In this document: in pieces, positions 60,881 through 64,000 of the stretch
Layout of the letters: every line of letters starts with the position of its first letter
Numbering within the stretch: the first letter of the stretch is position 1
Notes under the pieces: generated by a model
Seen by the model: the letters and a program-made list of their open reading frames with translations, nothing else
What the model was told of the DNA's origin: nothing
Database searches by the model: none
Program-made: the position numbers and the translations under genes
Source: Alphaproteobacteria bacterium
GTDB lineage: Bacteria > Pseudomonadota > Alphaproteobacteria > MPNO01
DNA length: 64,000 nucleotides
Reading direction: 5' to 3'
NCBI GenBank assembly: GCA_963422565.1
Contig: OY730228.1
Location: 321,802-385,801 of the forward strand

Positions 60881-62445
60881 CGCTCCGCCGCCACGGCGTC
60901 CTCGTCCTCGACGAAACGGGGAAAGACGGGCTCCGGCTTCGGCAGCCGAGTCCCCGGCGCGACGGCGGCAGCGATGTCCAGGCGGCCGAACGTCCTGTCC
61001 TCGGCCGGAACCGCGAGTTGATCGAGCATCCGGTCCGCCGAGGCTGGCATCACCGGGAGCAGCATGACCGCGATCCGGCGGAGGGTCTCGGCGAGCGCGC
61101 ACAGCACGGTCCCCGCGCGCCCCCGATCCTCCTTCACCACCGCCCATGGCGCTTGGCGGTCGACATAGGCGTTGGCCTGGCGGATCACCGACCAGATGAC
61201 GTCGAGGGCCTCATGGAACGCCTGTTCCCGGATCTTCGCCCGCGTTCGAGCCAGGAGATCCGCCGCCGCGTCCAGCAGCTTCGCATCGGCCTCCGCCCAT
61301 GCGTCCGGCACGGGCAGGACGCCCTCGAAATAGCGTTGGATCATGGCGCAGACACGCTGGACAAGGTTTCCGAGATCGTTGGCGAGGTCGCCGTTGATCC
61401 GGTTGACGATCGCGCGATGCGAAAAATCCCCGTCGTTTCCGAACGGGACCTCGCGCATCAGGAAGTAGCGCACGGTATCCAACCCGTAACGCTGAACGAC
61501 CTCGAAGGGATCGATCACATTGCCGAGCGACTTCGAAATCTTCTGTCCCTCGTTGGTCCACCAGCCATGGGCGAAGACCCGTTTCGGCGGCGCGATTCCG
61601 GCGCCCATGAGGAAGGCCGGCCAGTAGACCGCATGAAAGCGGAGAATGTCCTTCCCAACCATGTGGATGTCGCAGGGCCAGCGGCGGCGGAACTCCTCCG
61701 GGTCGCGGTCGGGATAGCCCACCGCGGTCGCATAGTTGGTCAGCGCGTCCAGCCACACATAGATGATGTGGTCGCGGTCGCCGGGCACCGGAACGCCCCA
61801 CTTGAAGCTGGTGCGGGAAACCGACAGGTCGTTGAGGCCGCCGCGCACGAAGCTGATCACCTCGTTGCGGCGCGAGCGCGGGGCGATCGCGTCGGGGTTA
61901 GCCTCGTAGAACGCCAGCAGCTTCTCCTGCCATTTGGACAGATCGAAGAAGTAGCTGGGCTCCTCCACCCAGTCGACCTCCGCCCCGGACGGGGCACGTC
62001 GAACGCCGTCCTCGCCGACCGTTACCTCGTCCTCGGCGTAATAGGCCTCGTCGCGGACCGCGTACCAGCCCGCATAGGTGCCGAGATAGATGTGGCCGTT
62101 GTCCATCAGGGCCTGGAAGATGGCCTGGGACGCCCGGGCGTGCCGCGCTTCCGTGGTGCGAATGAACGCATCGTTGGAGAAATTCATCGCCTCGGCCAGC
62201 GCGCGGAAATTCTCCGAGACCCGGTCGGTGAAGGTCTGCGGGTCGACCCCCGCGGCCCTGGCCGATCTCTCGACTTTCTGCCCGTGCTCGTCGGTGCCGG
62301 TCAGGAAGAAGACATCGTACCCGTCGAGCCGCATGAAGCGGGCGAGCACATCGCAGGACAGAGTCGTATAGGCGTGGCCGATATGCGGAGAATCGTTGAC
62401 GTAATAGATGGGTGTGGTCAGGTAGAACCGTTTGTCGCCCGGCAT
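60874..62445 (-). CDS. metG: methionine--tRNA ligase
   Basis: PIYYVNDSPHIGHAYTT (HIGH) and KMSKS (KISKSLGN). 523 aa. Confidence 0.9.
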   Translation of the reverse strand: MPGDKRFYLTTPIYYVNDSPHIGHAYTTLSCDVLARFMRLDGYDVFFLTGTDEHGQKVERSARAAGVDPQTFTDRVSENFRALAEAMNFSNDAFIRTTEARHARASQAIFQALMDNGHIYLGTYAGWYAVRDEAYYAEDEVTVGEDGVRRAPSGAEVDWVEEPSYFFDLSKWQEKLLAFYEANPDAIAPRSRRNEVISFVRGGLNDLSVSRTSFKWGVPVPGDRDHIIYVWLDALTNYATAVGYPDRDPEEFRRRWPCDIHMVGKDILRFHAVYWPAFLMGAGIAPPKRVFAHGWWTNEGQKISKSLGNVIDPFEVVQRYGLDTVRYFLMREVPFGNDGDFSHRAIVNRINGDLANDLGNLVQRVCAMIQRYFEGVLPVPDAWAEADAKLLDAAADLLARTRAKIREQAFHEALDVIWSVIRQANAYVDRQAPWAVVKEDRGRAGTVLCALAETLRRIAVMLLPVMPASADRMLDQLAVPAEDRTFGRLDIAAAVAPGTRLPKPEPVFPRFVEDEDAVAAERC

Positions 62446-62484
62446 ACGAACACTCCGGATATCGTTGATCGAGACCGGATCCGG

Positions 62485-63549
62485 TCAAGCCCGGAATGCC
62501 GATTGAGTCTGGTGGAAGACGCCGATCGTGACCTGCTTGCGGTCAAGCGCCAACCTGTCCGCTTCGGACAGCAGCGCGTTCGTCTTCTCCCATAGCGCGA
62601 CCAGCCTTTCAACCCCGATGCCGTCGATCAGGTTGCGGGCGACCGCGTCCTCCTCGGGGCCGGTCGCGGCCCCGAGGAGGTCGCGCGGAGCCGCGACCGC
62701 AGCGCGCGCCGTCCTCGACAGCCACCAGGTCCATAGCCGCATCGACATGCGCCAGCTCGTTTCCGAGTCGCGCCGCGCCAGACGCTCGGCGAAGGCATGG
62801 ATCGCGGCGAAATCCAGGGTCGGCAGCGCGGCGGCGAAGCCCATCAGCTCGCGAAACAGCGCCGGCCCGTCCGCCTCTGCCAGCGCGACGGCGCGGCCGA
62901 TACTGCCCTCCGAGAAGGCGTCGACGACCCTCAGCGCATCGCCCTCGATCCCCGGCAGGAAGCGTGCCTGAAGCGTCCGCATCGTCGCCCTCGACAACCG
63001 CGAGAGCGGCAGACGGCAACAGCGCGACCGAAGCGTCTGCGGCAACCGGCCGGGGGAGTGGGAAACAAGAAGTATCAACGTATTATTCGGCGGTTCCTCC
63101 AGCATTTTGAGAAGAGCATTGGCGGCGTTCGCGTTCAGGTCGTCGACGCTGTCGACGATCATCACGCGCCAGCGTCCCTCGGCCGGAGTCAAGGACAGGA
63201 AATGCCCTGCGGCGCGCACGTCGTCCACCCCGATGAAGCGGCGGGGCGGGTCGTGTGCCCCCGTCGCCCGCGAGAGCGGCATCAGGTCGGCATGGCCGCC
63301 CGACGAGACGCGGCGAAACACCGGATGCGTCGCCGGGATGGCGAGGCTCTCCGCGTCCGCCCCCTCCCCGTCTGCGAGCACGAATCGGGCGATCCTGTAT
63401 GCGAACGTCGCTTTGCCGATTCCTTCCGGCCCGGTGATCAGCCAGGAATGGGCGAGCCTGCGGCGGCGCCAGCGGTCCAGGAACATCTCCTCCGCCGTCC
63501 GGTGATCGAAGAGCTCCGTCGCGTCCTGGGGCCGGGGCGGCGCGCTCAT
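62485..63549 (-). CDS. holB: DNA polymerase III subunit delta'
   Basis: AAA+ GPEGIGKATFAYRIA and …LLKMLEEPP… 354 aa. Confidence 0.85.
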   Translation of the reverse strand: MSAPPRPQDATELFDHRTAEEMFLDRWRRRRLAHSWLITGPEGIGKATFAYRIARFVLADGEGADAESLAIPATHPVFRRVSSGGHADLMPLSRATGAHDPPRRFIGVDDVRAAGHFLSLTPAEGRWRVMIVDSVDDLNANAANALLKMLEEPPNNTLILLVSHSPGRLPQTLRSRCCRLPLSRLSRATMRTLQARFLPGIEGDALRVVDAFSEGSIGRAVALAEADGPALFRELMGFAAALPTLDFAAIHAFAERLARRDSETSWRMSMRLWTWWLSRTARAAVAAPRDLLGAATGPEEDAVARNLIDGIGVERLVALWEKTNALLSEADRLALDRKQVTIGVFHQTQSAFRA

Positions 63550-64000
63550 CGATGTCTTCCGCCCAGCCGCTCGTCGAGCGCCGCCAACACGGCCTCCGAT
63601 ACCGCGCTTTCGGCAGGGGCCGCATCGATCAACACGCAGCGGGCGGCGTCGCGCGCGGCGATCTCGTTGAAACCCCGGCGCAGCCGTCTATGGAATGCGA
63701 GCGGTCGCTTCTCGTAGCGGTCCCGGTCGGCCGACCGTCGTGCGGCCCGCCTGAGCCCGTCCTCGGGGTCGAGGTCGAGGATCAAAGTGAGATCGGGGCG
63801 GACGCCTCCCAACACCGCCTCGTGGACGGTCTCGATGGTCTCCCGCGCCCCGCCGCCGCCATAGCCCTGATAGGCGAGGGTCGAATCCGCGAACCGATCG
63901 GAGACGACCCAGTCGCCGCGCGCCAGCGCCGGGCCGATCAGCTTCGCCATATGCTCGCGCCGCGCCGCGTAGTGCAGCAGCGCTTCGGCGAGCGGATCCC
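63546..64000 (-). CDS. tmk: thymidylate kinase, C-terminal part (gene continues beyond the window)
   Basis: dTMP kinase C-terminal homology. Frame stays open to the window edge. The M at 63950 is internal. Confidence 0.8.
   Translation of the reverse strand, partial: DPLAEALLHYAARREHMAKLIGPALARGDWVVSDRFADSTLAYQGYGGGGARETIETVHEAVLGGVRPDLTLILDLDPEDGLRRAARRSADRDRYEKRPLAFHRRLRRGFNEIAARDAARCVLIDAAPAESAVSEAVLAALDERLGGRHR

Overview
The window is a high-GC (about 68-70%) chromosomal segment of alphaproteobacterial character, densely packed with genes on both strands. The alphaproteobacterial call rests on a truncated HprK, the NPr and EIIA-Man genes, the addA/addB pair and RIME-like intergenic repeats.

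Recognisable content, in order along the window:
- an XDH/CoxL-family molybdopterin subunit, an NAD-dependent sugar epimerase, a gentisate-1,2-dioxygenase-like bicupin, a GFA-family protein and a VanA-like Rieske oxygenase;
- an HtrA-family protease, argG, folD, yggT, tRNA-Arg(CCG), a small Zn-ribbon gene and trxA;
- a long minus-strand operon: ahcY, tsaE, an amgK-like kinase, a murU-like nucleotidyltransferase, addB, addA, trxA;
- the alphaproteobacterial PTS-regulatory cluster hprK (kinase domain only), rapZ, EIIA-Man, npr, transcribed divergently from pckA;
- ridA, a PEP-mutase/isocitrate-lyase-family gene, a TPP enzyme with a cupin gene, and a prpD-prpB-prpC methylcitrate-cycle operon;
- a DMT transporter, two HIBADH-type dehydrogenases, ald and a quinone oxidoreductase;
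- a four-gene, translationally coupled minus-strand operon: AMP-ligase, nitroreductase, TsaA/TrmO-like and YrdC-like genes;
- an orphan Dam-family m6A methyltransferase with a small upstream ORF, flanked by copies of a newly noticed intergenic repeat that carries terminal inverted repeats;
- a 13-gene plus-strand block: hydantoinase/oxoprolinase B and A subunits, a class-III aminotransferase, a DUF alpha+beta-barrel protein, a PcaC-like decarboxylase, a three-component sugar-type ABC transporter, a second gentisate-dioxygenase-like bicupin and a TRAP DctPQM transporter. This looks like an uncharacterised lactam or cyclic-amide catabolic island;
- cytochrome c', mazG, an MBL hydrolase, tatD, metG, holB and the start of tmk.

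Caveats. Many long 'ORFs' in the supplied track are antisense or alternate-frame artefacts of the GC content. The numbered sequence as displayed appears to be about 1 nt out of register with the ORF track in places, so feature boundaries follow the ORF-track coordinates and positions I derived by manual indexing are good to +/-1 nt.
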